Source: Octopus sinensis (Eukaryota). Taken from it: a stretch of 64,000 bases of DNA. A program made the position numbers and the translations under genes. Shown here in pieces: positions 1 through 12,130 of the stretch. The first letter of the stretch is position 1. Each line of letters begins with the position of its first letter. The DNA lies in NCBI RefSeq assembly GCF_006345805.1, contig NC_042997.1:72292001-72356000 (forward strand). The letters are read 5' to 3'. The notes beneath the pieces are model-generated. The model was not told where the DNA came from. It saw only the letters and a program-made list of their open reading frames with translations, and did no database searches.

Positions 1-122
1 ACATTCTCAAAAAAGGGGATGTGAAAGAGTTTTCAAAATTTCCAAGTTATATCCACATTATGTTTAAACTGGTTTGGTTCTGATTTTCACCAAGTGACCT
101 ACTCCAGTATGTGTATATAAGT

Positions 123-280
123 GCAGGTGTGGCAGTCTGGCAAGAAACTTGCTTCCCAACTACATGGTTTCAAGTCTAGTCCCACTGTATGGCATCTTGG
201 GCAAGTATATTCTACTATAGCCTCAGGCCAGCTTAAACCTTGAGTGGATTTGGTAGATGGAAACTGAAAGAAATTTGTCT

Positions 281-317
<37 letters not shown>

Positions 318-534
318 ATGCGCATGTTAGTTGGTCTCCAACAACCATTTGACAACTGGTGTTGGTGTTTACGTTTCCATAATCTAGTGGTTCAGCAAAA
401 GAGACCAATAGAATAAGTACCAGGCTTAAGAAAAAGAAAATACTGGGGTCAATTCATTCGACTAAAATTTCTTGAAAGCGGTGCCCCAGCATGGCCACAG
501 CCTAATGACTGAAACAAGTAAAAGATAAAAGATA
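123..534 (+). mobile_element. tRNA-derived SINE, family A (internal TG microsatellite)
   Basis: A-box/B-box-like head (TGGCAGTCTGG...GGTTTCAAGTC), CORE-like CTTGGGCAAGT, central (TG)n and AAAAGAT tail; colinear with the better-preserved copy at 24244-24688. Confidence 0.85.
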
Positions 535-1012
535 GTAACCAGATTGGTTTTGAACTCACTTCATTTATTTCTAAAGTAAATATGTGCATACATCAGTGTC
601 CTACTGGATAAGAAAATCATTGCTTTCAGTTTAGAAATATAGATTCTTAGTTCTAATCCAGTTTTCTAGAATGTACACATCTAGAAACAAATAACTTGAC
701 AATAATTAGAAGTCAAGAGCAATAGAAAAGTACCATAAATGCAAACTGAAAAATGTTTCAAAACATAAAATTATAACAGTCCAAAATATTACCATCTTAT
801 TTACACAAATTGCCTCAGATGTTTAGACAACTAATACCTAAAAATCATTAAATTTTTTTTTTTAAATATAAGCTTTAAGTTTATTTTTTGATGTCATTTA
901 TTTATTATCAATACATTTGTACATTGAAGCAATCAATATAAGAGTTGCAAAAGGAATTTTAAAATAGAAAGTATTCAGGAAAATTATATATTAAATTAGA
1001 TAAAAATATGAA

Positions 1013-1045
<33 letters not shown>

Positions 1046-1202
1046 TTAAATGATTATTTAAGATGATCTTCCAAAAATTTTTGAAAATTGCACCTTCAAA
1101 ATTTTTCAATTATCTCAACCTATGCTGACACACCATCTTCAGAATTGTCTTGATTGCAATAGAAACCTACCAAGCTATCAATTTCATATCTGGGACACTC
1201 AC

Positions 1203-1335
1203 CTCTACCACTAGCAGCACCAGCACTACTAGTGCTGGCCCCGATACTACTTGGACTGGTAGAAGATAATACAAGTGCTTCACCCAAACGGGCAAAATTT
1301 GGTTTTTCTTCTTTCCTTCTGTCTTCTGCATCACT
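1203..1335 (-). CDS. Probable internal coding exon of an unidentified host gene (SDAEDRRKEEKPNFARLGEALVLSSTSPSSIGASTSSAGAASGR)
   Basis: On the minus strand: pyrimidine tract ATTTTCCTTTTTCCTCTTTTTAAAG then AGTGAT; consensus donor AGAG/GTGAGT at 1203/1202; 133 nt open frame with Ser/Ala/Gly-rich composition, not matching any repeat seen elsewhere in the window. A second frame is also open; partner exons not found. Confidence 0.55.
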
Positions 1336-1810
1336 CTTTAAAAAGAGGAAAAAGGAAAATTCAATTAGAGAGTACAAAAAATATAAGAAAGAAAAAAAAC
1401 AAGAAAGAATAAACAAATGTAATAAAAAAAACAAAAACAAAAAAAACCCTCAAGAGATCCAAAATGGAAATTGCTTAAACCTTCAGTTTTCAGATTACTC
1501 TGTCAATGTAATGCTTATTTATTTACATCACTTTGAATTAATCATTCATTATCTCAAAGCTTTTAAAATTTCAGTGATGAGTGCTTAATACAACAATGAC
1601 ACTGAAAGTGAGGTGTGAGAGACCAGATATAGACAGTTTGAAGTAACAATTAACAATATTAAATAGTGACTGTCATAAAAAAAAAAAAAAATTTTAATGA
1701 TTTCATGAAAACATTGTTGATCATTGTAAAATTTGATATTCTTAGACTTTCAACCTTTCCTGGAACAAAAAGAGGCAAAAAAGCAATAGAGAGGAAATGA
1801 AGTCTTTCTT

Positions 1811-1870
<60 letters not shown>

Positions 1871-1917
1871 ATATAATGTGTGTGTATAATATAACACACA
1901 CATATATATATATACTA

Positions 1918-2070
1918 AACTCACGGAGTGGTTGGCGTTAGGAATGGCATCCAGCAGTACAAACACTGCCAGATCAGACTGGGGCCTGGTGCAGCCTCCT
2001 GGCTTCCCAGACCCCGGTCGAACCGTCCAACACATGCTAGCATGGAAAACAAACGTTAAACGTTGATGAT
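1918..2070 (+). mobile_element. 5'-truncated RTE-LINE 3' tail
   Basis: Matches the 3'UTR of the RTE at 11950-12120 (GGCGTTAGGAA...CCAGATCAGACT...CATGCTAGCATGGAAA...(GAT)n). Confidence 0.8.
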
Positions 2071-2186
2071 ATATATATATAAATGGATGAATGAATTATC
2101 CTTTGTTTACCGTTAACATGGAAAATTCAATAAAATTCAACTCCATTTATTTACTTATATATATATATATATATAGATATATATAT

Positions 2187-3010
2187 CAGTGGCGACTCCA
2201 GCACTCAAGCTGTTCAGGCTTAGCCCAAGTATAAATTTAGTAAAGTTAACATGTATTTGCAAGTTGATTTAATTTTTGCTGACACTGATTTAAAGTATCT
2301 AATTCCAGCCAATAACTCGGGCTCCTTTTATTGAGCCTGGTCACCGTTCATCTATTTTTGTTCAGCATTTGGCGGTCATCTTAGAGGTGCCCTGTGTCAA
2401 AAAATATCATTTGTAGCAAACGTTCTCTTAACATTATTCACAAGCGCCTGACTCATGCTCAGAAGTTACAACTTTAGTTGTTATCTATAATAGTAAAAAT
2501 TAAGAGTAATTCAAATCCAATTTTTTTTTTTTAATTTTATCTAGTTTCAGCTCATGTGCTGTGGCCATGCTGGGGCACCGCCATTCAATGTTTTCTTGAA
2601 ACAAAAAATTTCTATAGAGGTTAGGATTTAAATTCCAATCTATGAAAAGTTTCCATTTTACAATATTCTTAAAGGAATGCAAAATTATCTAGCTACTTGG
2701 GCTAATATGAATGAGCCTGGTAGATGTAAAAGACTAACATCTCTTCTCAAAAGTACAGGCAATCGCAGATGTTTGTTGTGCACTGCCCTGTCATTATTTG
2801 ATTGCTGCTATTCTGTGCGTCTGTATGTAAAGATCAGTTTGTTTGCAGAGTTGCTTTATTTTAACCCTTAACTTAGAAATGGAGAAAAACACAGTGTTTG
2901 AGGAGAGAAATAAAGCACGAAACGTGAAATTTTTCAAGCAGGCATGTGTCTTATGCAAAATCTGATCTGTGATGAGCCCAAATGATGCTGATGACCTAGA
3001 GTTGCCACTG
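2187..3010. mobile_element. Non-autonomous hAT-like DNA transposon containing a SINE fragment
   Basis: 15-bp TIRs CAGTGGCGACTCCAG / CTAGAGTTGCCACTG (2 mismatches); an 8-bp TSD is not recognisable (left flank is a TA run). Confidence 0.55.
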
Positions 3011-3049
3011 ATAAAGCCACACACACACACACATATAAATACATATATA

Positions 3050-3182
3050 TCTATATAATGTACATTATATATATATATGAAGAAATAATGTACATTATAT
3101 ACATATATATATATACATATATTATAAAATATATATTTATATAATGTACATATATCTATATATATGTATATATATACAATAT

Positions 3183-3216
<34 letters not shown>

Positions 3217-3313
3217 ATACATATATACAATGTACATATATATATACATATATACAATGTACATATATATATACATATATACAATGTACATATATATATA
3301 TATATATATACAA

Positions 3314-3358
<45 letters not shown>

Positions 3359-3399
3359 TACATATATATATATATATATATACATACAATGTACATATA

Positions 3400-3445
<46 letters not shown>

Positions 3446-3509
3446 CCCTACGGGACTGTCACATTAAGTTGACAGTATACAACCACTCTATATATATATA
3501 TAATATATA

Positions 3510-3549
<40 letters not shown>

Positions 3550-3590
3550 TATATATATATACAATATATATATATGCAATGTACATATAT
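3050..3590. repeat. Compound minisatellite: AATGTACA + variable (TA)n
   Basis: About 10 recurrences of (C)AATGTACA separated by TA runs of varying length. Confidence 0.85.
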
Positions 3591-3597
3591 ATATATC

Positions 3598-4348
3598 ATC
3601 ATCATCATTTAACGCCTACCCTCCATGCTAGCATGTGTTGGACAATTTTGACTGAGGGCTGGCGAACCAGACGACCACACCAGGCTCCAATCTTGATCTA
3701 GCAGAGTTTCTACAGCTGGATGCCCTTCCTAACTACAACCACTCCGAGAGTGTAGTGGGTGCTTATTACGTGCCACCGCCTGTACTTTTGAGAAGAGATG
3801 TCAGTTAGTCTTTTACATCTACCAGGCTCATTCATATTAGCCCAAGTCGCTAGATAATTTTGCATTCCTTTAAGATTCGAGCGAGGTCATTGCCAGTACC
3901 GTCTGAGTGGCGCTGAGTCGGTGGCACGTAAAAAGCACCCACTACACTCTCGGAGTGGTTAGGAAGGGCATATATATATATATAATGTACATACATATCA
4001 GGCGATATGATATGTTTCATATCATAGCTGTGGCCAGTGTCCCCTGCTTGGCTTTCATGCTTGTGGCACGTAAAAAGCACCATCCAAACCTAGTCAATGC
4101 CAGGTCTGCCTGTAAAAAGAACCATCCAAATGTGGGTGATGCTAGTACCCACTGACTGGTTCCTGTGCCAGTGGGACATAAAAAGCACCCACTACACTCT
4201 CAGAGTGGTTGGCATTAGAAAGAACATCCAGCTGTAGAAACATTGCCAGATCAGATTGGAGCTAGGTGCATATGGTGCCTCTCTGGACCTCAGTCAAACT
4301 ATCCAACCCATGCCAGCATGGAACACAAGCATTAAACAATGATGATGA

Positions 4349-4350
<2 letters not shown>
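3598..4350. mobile_element. Back-to-back RTE 3' tails (minus 3598-3780, plus 3880-4350) joined by a locally templated insert
   Basis: (ATC)n-headed reverse tail, then about 95 bp matching the reverse complement of 2667-2760, then a forward tail with repeated GCACGTAAAAAGCACC-like units ending in (GAT)n. Confidence 0.75.
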
Positions 4351-4391
<41 letters not shown>

Positions 4392-4439
4392 ACAGAGATA
4401 TCTGGCCTTGCTTGGGATTGAGATGTAATAGCTTTTTAT

Positions 4440-4848
4440 TGTTTTACATGTTTCAGCCATGTGACTAAGACCATGCTGGAGCACTGCCTTTGGTCAAAAA
4501 TATCAAACACAGGATATATTCTTTATAAGCCTAGTACTTATTCTTTCTGTGACTTTTGCTGAACCACTAGGTTATGAGAATGTAAACACAGTGACATTGG
4601 TTTCTAAGCGATGGAGAGGGGGTGGGGGTGAGACAAACAGAGACACAAATACACATACATTATATATATGTGTGTTTGTATATAGATATATATATGGGAC
4701 ATACTTCGTTCAGTTTCTGTCAACCAAATCCACTGACATGGCTTTCGTTAACTGAAGGGTATAGTAGAAGACACTTGCCCAGAGAGTGAATGCGGAACCA
4801 TGTGGCTGGTTGGCAAGAAAGCTTCTTAGCACACACCCATACCTGCAC
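4440..4848 (-). mobile_element. tRNA-derived SINE, family A
   Basis: Reverse-complement homology to 24244-24688 with a central microsatellite. Confidence 0.75.
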
Positions 4849-5080
4849 CTATATATATATATATATACACATACAATTTCAGTAAGAGGTAAAGAAGTAT
4901 ATTTTATATCCTACTATTGTACTGTTTTTAGCCTCAAGTATTATTTCTTGATGCACACATAAATACCACAAGTTTTCCATCATAAATACTCAATATGTTA
5001 TTTTTGCATTATATGAAATGGAATACCCACAAATCTATTGATTGAAATCCAAATAACTGAACTATACATACATATATATA

Positions 5081-5321
5081 CTGTTGTGTCTGGGGAGTCA
5101 TTCTCTTTTGGTGCCTTATAATTTAACACACTCACTGGTAAAATTTCCATTTATTTCGTTATTTTTCTAAAATTTTCACTGCATCTTGCAACCTTTTCAA
5201 TAGAGTCCATGACTATTGAAAAGGTTGCAAGACACAATAAAAATGAAATATGGAAATTTTATTGGTGAGTGTGTTAAATAATAAGGCACCAAAAGAGAAT
5301 GACTCTCCCCAGACAAAACAG
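5081..5321. repeat. Fold-back inverted repeat (about 120-bp arms, tiny loop)
   Basis: CTGTTGTGTCTGGGGAGTCATTCTCTTTTGGTGCCTTAT... pairs with ...ATAAGGCACCAAAAGAGAATGACTCTCCCCAGACAAAACAG; centre TCTTGCAACCTTTTCAATAG...CTATTGAAAAGGTTGCAAGA. Confidence 0.9.
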
Positions 5322-5407
5322 AATATGCTTCAACACACGAACTCACATAAAGAATCTTGCAAACTAAATCCAAAAACAAAAATATATATATACACACATA
5401 CATATAA

Positions 5408-5518
5408 GAGGGATGACCACTAAATGGACATCCAATATGCTAGATGCAGACCCCATATAGTGAGACCATATGAGGTCTACATCTATCATACTGGATGCCC
5501 ACTTAGTGGTCATCCCTC
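5408..5518. repeat. Fold-back inverted repeat (about 51-bp arms, 9-nt loop)
   Basis: GAGGGATGACCACTAAATGGACATCC... versus ...GGATGCCCACTTAGTGGTCATCCCTC. Confidence 0.9.
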
Positions 5519-5782
5519 ATATATAATATAATTTTTCTGAATCTTCAGATTTTTTCAATTGCTAGGCCACTTGGTCTAAATTAATATTAATCAAATTAAT
5601 ATTCAATTTTTTACCCTTATTATTTAAATTTTCATATATATATATATAAACTACATACATATATATTGTAGCCCGGTGCAGCCTTCTGGATTGCCAGCCC
5701 TCAGTCAAACCGTCTAACCCATGCCAGCATGGAAAGCGGATGTTAAACGATGACGATGATAATGAATGTCTATATATATATA

Positions 5783-7801
5783 TTAGAACCTCATTGTACA
5801 AGTAATTTGCTGTACAAAGCAAAGCTTGTGCAAATTTTTATCTTCAAGTTCATCTTCAAGCTTCAAATAAGCAACTGCTAGTAGGCACAGAGCTTGCACA
5901 CGCTCTCCCAACAAGAGCAGTCTCCACTTACTCAGTTCACATGTTTATTTCATTGTGGCAACATCCCTGTTATTACTAGTGCTGTTGTTTAGTTTTGTAC
6001 ATATTTTGCTATTATTTTATAATAATTAGTTGTGTTAGTCATGGATCCAAAGAATGTTAGTGCAAAGGACAGTGCTGAAAAGAAGAAAAAGCTGATTATG
6101 ATAGAATTGAAGAAAGAAATCATTGATAAACATGAGAGAGGAGTGCATGTAGTGGACACAGCATGTCAATACAACCAAAGCACGTTGATGATCTGCAACA
6201 TTGTGACAAAAAAAGACGAGATCAAGGCTGTTACAACAAAGTGTGTCTCCAGGCTCTCTAAGCAATGCACATCTGTCCATGAAAGGATGGGGAAATTGCT
6301 TCTCCTGCGGATCAGCAAGTAATTCGCAGGGGATACAATTATGGAGACCGTCATCTCTGAGAAAGCACAAGCACTGTATGGGGATTTCCTGAAGCAGAAC
6401 TTTGGAACATCGATGGAGGAGACATCAGCAGATGCATTTAAGGCCAGTCGCAGCTGGTTTGGTAATTTCAAGAAGGACCATCAGGTACGGAGATGCAGTA
6501 AGCTCTGACACAAAGGCAGCTGAAGAGTACATGCATGAATTCCCTTGGCTCATCACAGCCAAGGGGTACATCACACAACAAGTATTCAACTGTGATGAAA
6601 CTGGTCTTTCCTGGAAAAACTGCCCAGAAGAACCTAGCCCTTTGTGCCAATGTGAGTGTAGACTTGAAGATTAAGCCGCTTCTTGTCTACCATTCTGAAA
6701 AACCACGAGCGTTCAAGTTGCACAAAGCCCTGAAGAAGAAGCTGCAGGTCATGTGGAGAGCAAATGTTAAAGCCTGGGTCACAAGGCAATTCACTTCTGA
6801 GTGGGTCAACCTTGTCTTCAGACCAGCAGTGAAAAAATATCTTCTGAAGAACAATTTCCTCTCAAGGCCCTCTTCATCCTCGACTATGCTCCTGCTCACC
6901 CACTTTGCCTCGAGGATGATATCCTGGATGAATTTAAATTTATAAAAGTTATGTACCTTTCATGCAACACCACCCCTATCTTATAGCCCATGTACCACAG
7001 GTGATTTTTGATTTTAAGAAATTGTACACCAAACACCTGTTTCATCAGTGCTTTGAAGTCACCAAAAAATACAAACCTAACCCTTTGTGAGTTATGAAAG
7101 GAGCACTACAACATAGTAAACTGCCTGGAAATCATCAATATGGCCTGGTAGTGTAGCAGAGAATGCTATCTCTACGAGTGACATAAAGGCAGCAGTGGCA
7201 AAGTGGCAGCATGTTTCTGAATCTGTGGCAAAATATCATCCTGAAAAAGTAGCTACAAGTCGTGCAGCCACTTTATTTAATAACACTGCTCTGGTGCATT
7301 TTTGTAACATTTTCAAAGGCAGGAAAAAGCAGACTTCTCTTTATATGTTTCTAATGAAATGACCTGCAAGTGTAAAAAGTGAAGGAAGTGTGGCCAAAAA
7401 GCATAAATTAAGCGAATTGAGAGAGAAAACACAGAAATTGTTCTTCACGAAGTCTTAATGGAAGGAGATTCTCCTTCCAAACAGTAAACTTCCTCCTTCC
7501 CATTCTATTGTCTTCCACACACAAAAATTGTCCAATCTTTAAAGTAATTCAGTTCATAAAAAAGGGTTAGATATTTCTTACGTGTTCTCTTTTTTATAAT
7601 TGTCATTTTATTTGTAACTACACCTTTTCTGTTTTAAAACCTGTAAAAAATTATTTTGGGGTGGTTTTTTGGCGGAGGTGGAACAGATTAAATTATAATT
7701 TAGTTAATTCCAATGGGGAAAATTGATTTGTAGAATGAGTAATTTGTAAAATGACCTCAGTTGTGGAACAAATTAAACTCGTACTGCATGGTATCATTGT
7801 A
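5783..7801 (+). mobile_element. Degenerate Tigger/pogo-family DNA transposon
   Basis: Frameshifted fragments: MDPKNVSAKDSAEKKKKLIMIELKKEIIDKHERGV (CENP-B-type HTH), QQVFNCDETGLSWK, LLVYHSEKPRAFK...WRANVKAWVT, LFILDYAPAHP, YLSCNTTPILQP-like (DDE_1); ends GGTATCATTG-TA. Confidence 0.9.
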
Positions 7802-7807
7802 TATCAT

Positions 7808-7890
<83 letters not shown>

Positions 7891-7919
7891 AAGAAAAAAG
7901 CAATAAGAATGGATTAGTT

Positions 7920-8011
7920 GTTCAGTACAATTGTTTCATACGAAGAACAGATTTATTAAAAGCTGCAAATATTGCAGCAAATACAAGTGTCCCGTATTCA
8001 TCAGCCAAAAC
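7920..8011 (-). ncRNA. Type I hammerhead ribozyme motif (family 1)
   Basis: Exact reverse complement of the 8434-8525 motif. Confidence 0.65.
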
Positions 8012-8433
8012 ACATATGAGTTTTCCAAACATCCAAGGGGGTGAGGCTACACTCATGAAGTATCGAAAAGAGTTCTATGAAAAGCAAAGTTAGATTGTAA
8101 GCAGACTTAAAATGTTCTCTAATGATGCACAGTTTTATAAAAGGTTTTTAAAAAAGTTTGTTAGCTTCACAGAAAAGGTAAATCCATCCATAATAATGCA
8201 GGTGTAATTTCCGGAGATATGAGGAGAGATTTTATTCTCAGAGAATATTAATGTAGATGTAATTTACCTTTTCTGTGAAGCTAACAAACTTTTTTAAAAA
8301 CCTTTTATAAAACTGTGCATCATTAGAGAACATTTTAAGGCTGCTTACAATCTAACTTTGCTTTTCATAGAACTCTCTTCGATACTTCATGAGTGTAGCC
8401 TCACCCCCTAGGATGTTTGGAAAACTCATATGT

Positions 8434-8525
8434 GTTTTGGCTGATGAATACGGGACACTTGTATTTGCTGCAATATTTGCAGCTTTTAATAAATCTGTTC
8501 TTCGTATGAAACAATTGTACTGAAC
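8434..8525 (+). ncRNA. Type I hammerhead ribozyme motif (family 1)
   Basis: GTTTTGG-CTGATGA(8441-8447)-ATACG...CGTAT (60-nt stem II with inner GCTGCA/TGCAGC hairpin)-GAAA(8508-8511)-CAATT-GTA-CTGAAC; stem III is the palindrome ACAATTGT; predicted GUA cleavage after 8519; stem I has two G-U pairs. Confidence 0.65.
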
Positions 8526-9119
8526 AACTAATCCATTCTTATTGCTTTTTTCTTGTTTATAATCACCCCACATTATTTTATGGTTAATACCATAAAGATT
8601 TCTGGTGCATCTAAGTTAAGTACCACATTCATGTGAATTCATTGGAACTCACTTGAATCTTAATCTGAAATTTTACATATATATATATACACATACATAC
8701 ATACATAGATGTAATATACATAAATAAAGAAGTATATTATCAATAATAAAATAATAATAGTGGCTATTCAAAGCATGAACTGTGCATATATATATATATA
8801 TATAATGTACATATACACCCAGAAACACACAAATAGCTAAGGAGTGAAATTTAGGATTTCTCAGTTTTCTGTGAATTGATTTTGATAAAAGTTTTCCCAA
8901 CTGGTTTGCACACTATGGCAACACCATTGTTATACTTCCATTATGCTGTGTAACGTCTGTCTTTTTCATTTCAGATTTTTCAGTTTTTGGGTGAACCATA
9001 CTAATAGCTTTTGAATGAAAATAGCCCATCTAGACATTTCTTTTCAGAAAATGAATGGTAATGATACATATTAAGCATACATTGAGTATATATTTAACAT
9101 AAAACCATAATAATATTAT

Positions 9120-9960
9120 AACCTTTATTGACATAATGAATTATTTAGCCACATGAGTGCCATTTTGACAGATAACTTCAAAAAGCCTATTTCTTAAATA
9201 GTAGCAGGTTGGACTGCCTCTGCTGCAGCTTTCATGGTCACCCATAAGACATCTTTCAACATAAATTGGCATACATCGGCATAAATATCATGTTTAATAA
9301 TGTACCAAAGATTTTCAATAGGGTCGAGATCTGGAGATGCTGGTGGCCACACCATCAACCTTTCAGCTTATATGCTGTAAAACCCTAGTAATGTTTGGTT
9401 GGTCCTAGCAGAGTGGGAGGAAACGTTGTCATGCATAAATATGAGATTCTTTAGAAGTAACAGCAGTATGTCATCTAGCCAGGGATCCAAGACCTCCTTC
9501 AGAAGGTTGCAGCAGGAGGTCACTTTAACCTCTTCAGGAACCCTGGTTGGGCCAACAAGTCTGTCCCCAATGATACCAGCCCACAACATGACTCATCCAC
9601 CCTGTTGTTGACATAAACGTTGCTGATACTCATCTCCATAATAGACCCAACCATTTTCCCAACCGTCAAGTTCATCGAGGGTCACCCTGATTTTGTCAGT
9701 GAAAAGAACACAACTCATGTCTAATGTCATGTTATTTTGGACACACTGAGGCCTCAAACTCCTGTGAGGAGACAGCTTCATGGGTTCTTGAATGGAAGCC
9801 ATGGTCCCAAGGATGTGATTTTTGGTGATTTTCGGTACGTGAGGAAGTCTGGAGGCAGTGAAAACAGCTTTGCTTGTTTGTCCAGGTTTCCCATGCAACT
9901 TGCGGCCAATATTCCTTAAATCTCTAGTTGTCAGTCTTGATGGTCCCGCAATTAGATCAT
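9120..9960 (-). mobile_element. Tc1-like transposase remnant
   Basis: VLFTDKIRVTLDELDGW, LWAGIIGDRLVGP, LIFMHDNVSSHSA and WPPASPDLDPIENLW motifs with stops and frameshifts. Confidence 0.85.
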
Positions 9961-9984
9961 TTCTACATTATATCTATTCTTTTT

Positions 9985-10180
9985 TTTTTATCTTTTTCAG
10001 TCATTTGATTGCAGCTTTGCTGGAGCACAGCCTTTAGTCAAACAAATCGACCCCAGGGCTTATTCTTTGTAAGCCTAGTACTTATTCTATCGGTCTCTTT
10101 TACTGAACCACTAAGCTACGGGGACATAAACACACCATTGGGTGTCAAGCGAGGATGGGGAGACAAACAGACACACAAAC

Positions 10181-10211
<31 letters not shown>

Positions 10212-10380
10212 TATATACAAAAGGCTTCTTTCAGTTTCTGTCTAGCAAATCCACTCACAAGGCTTTGGTCAGCCCAAGGCCACAGTAGAAGACACTTACC
10301 CAAGGTGTCACGCAATGGGACTGAACCCAGAACCATGTGGCTAGTAAGCAAGCTACTTACCACATAGCCACTCCCACACC
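9985..10380 (-). mobile_element. tRNA-derived SINE, family A
   Basis: Reverse-complement homology to 24244-24688. Confidence 0.85.
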
Positions 10381-10452
10381 TATATATATAATGTATAGTA
10401 TGTATATAATGTATAATGTATATGTCTATAATGCATAATGTGTGTGTATGTA

Positions 10453-12120
10453 TAACAGAGAAATTCAAGACTGGATGCCCCTGGGAGCTCCTCTATGCTG
10501 ACAACCTTGCTCTAATTGCTGAGTCACTATCAGAACTAGAGGAGAAGTTTCAGGTGTGGAAGCAAGGATTAGAAACGAAGGGCCTTAGTGTCAACCTAGC
10601 TAAAACCAAAGTCCTAATAAGTAGGAAGATAGACAAACCACAAACACCTTCAGGTAGATGGCCCTGCTCGATCTGTAGAAAAGGCGTGGGTAGAAACTCT
10701 ATAAGATGTACCCAGTGTAAGCTATGGACACATAAGAGGTGCAGCAATCTCAAAGGAAGGCTAACTGGGAAGATAGTCTTTGTATGTGGCAGATGCTCAG
10801 GAGCAATAAACACTGAAATTCTGCAGAAAACAACTTCCGTCACTTTCCAGGGAGAAAAACTAGAAGTAGTTGATAGCTTCCGTTACCTAGGTAACCAAGT
10901 CAGTAGTGGGGGCAGGTGTGCTGAAAGTGTAACTGCTAGAGTAAGAATAGCCTGGGCAAAGTTCAGAGAGTTCTTACCTCTGCTGGTGACAAAAGGCTTC
11001 TCGCTCAGAGTAAAAGGCAGACTGTGTGACGTATGTGTACGAACAGCCATGCTACATGGCAGTGAAACATGGGCCATGACTGTTGAGGACATGCGTAAGT
11101 TCACGAGGAATGAAGCCGATGAATGTGTAATATCAGTGTACATACTCGACAGAGTGTAGGTACCTTGAGAGAAAAGTTGGATCTAAAAAGCATCAGCTGT
11201 GGTGTGCAAGAGAGATGATTGCGCTGGTTTGGTCATGTGGCGAGAATGGATGAAGATAGGTGTGTGAAAAAGTGCCAATCCCTAGCGGTTGAGGGAACCT
11301 GTGGAAGAGATAGACCCAGGAAGACATGGGACGAGGTGGTGAAGCATGACCTTCGAACATTAGGCCTCACCAAGTCAATGATTAGTGACCAAGACCTTTG
11401 GAAATATGCTGTGCGTGAGAAGACCCGGCAGGACAAGTGAGTCCATCCCGTGTCCTTATGCCAGGGATGTAGGCAGCCCACTTATGCATGCCTTTCCTTC
11501 CTTGGACACATGAAGACCTGTTGAGGCAAGTGAAGTCGAAATTGAATTTAGAAATCGAACCTCATCCGACGACTGGCACCCATGCCAACCTTCCCTTCAT
11601 TGGACACTAAACTCTGCTTGTGAAGACCTGTGGAGGCAAGTGAAATCGGAATTGAAATTAAACTAATCCTATGACTGGCACCCGGTAGTTGCCAGTGACG
11701 CTGGACTGACTCCTGTGCAGGTGGCAAGTAAAGAAACACTGTTTTGACCCTGTGCTTGAGGAGACCGATTGAGTCAAGTCTATCAACATCAAAATTCAAA
11801 TGGAAATTGTAGTAGTGTTGCCTGTGCCGGTGGCACGTAAAAAGCACCATCCGAACGTGGCTGATGCCAGCGCCGCCTTGACTGGCTTCCATGGCGGTGG
11901 CACGTAAAAAGCACCAACCGATCGTGGCCGTTGCCAGCCTCGCCTGGCACGCAAAAGCACCCACTACACTCGTGGAGTGGTTGGTGTTAGGAAGGACATC
12001 AAGCTGTAGAAACACTGCCAGATCAGACCAGAGCCTGATGCAGCCTTCTGGCTTCCCAGATCCCAGTCAAACAGTCCAACCCATGCTAGCATGGAAAACA
12101 GACATTAAATGATGATGATG
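10453..12120 (+). mobile_element. 5'-truncated RTE-clade LINE (RT C-terminal half, PHD-like insert, 3'UTR)
   Basis: GCPWELLYADN (YADD mutated to YADN), VNLAKTKV, FRYLG, MLHGSETW, LRWFGHVARM, GRDRPRKTW; frameshift near 11120 and TGA near 11217; 3'UTR ends in (GAT)n. Confidence 0.92.
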
Positions 12121-12130
12121 ATACATACAT

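Larger units (their letters stand above)
7884..8561. repeat. Fold-back element 1: about 300-bp near-identical inverted arms (7884-8183 / 8262-8561) carrying hammerheads
   Basis: Arms differ at about 3 positions by eye; about 78-nt spacer; left arm starts at the end of a (TA)n run. Confidence 0.95.

Noticed and set aside
2794-3472. Long YI/HT/CV-repeat ORFs here and at 39300-43650
   Set aside because: Translations of (TA)n, (TG)n and (CA)n microsatellites, open in several frames on both strands
11510-11660. Duplicated TGAAGACCTGTTGAGGCAAGTGAA motif in the RTE 3'UTR resembling a hammerhead core
   Set aside because: No C3, no stable stem II and no stem I/III pairing
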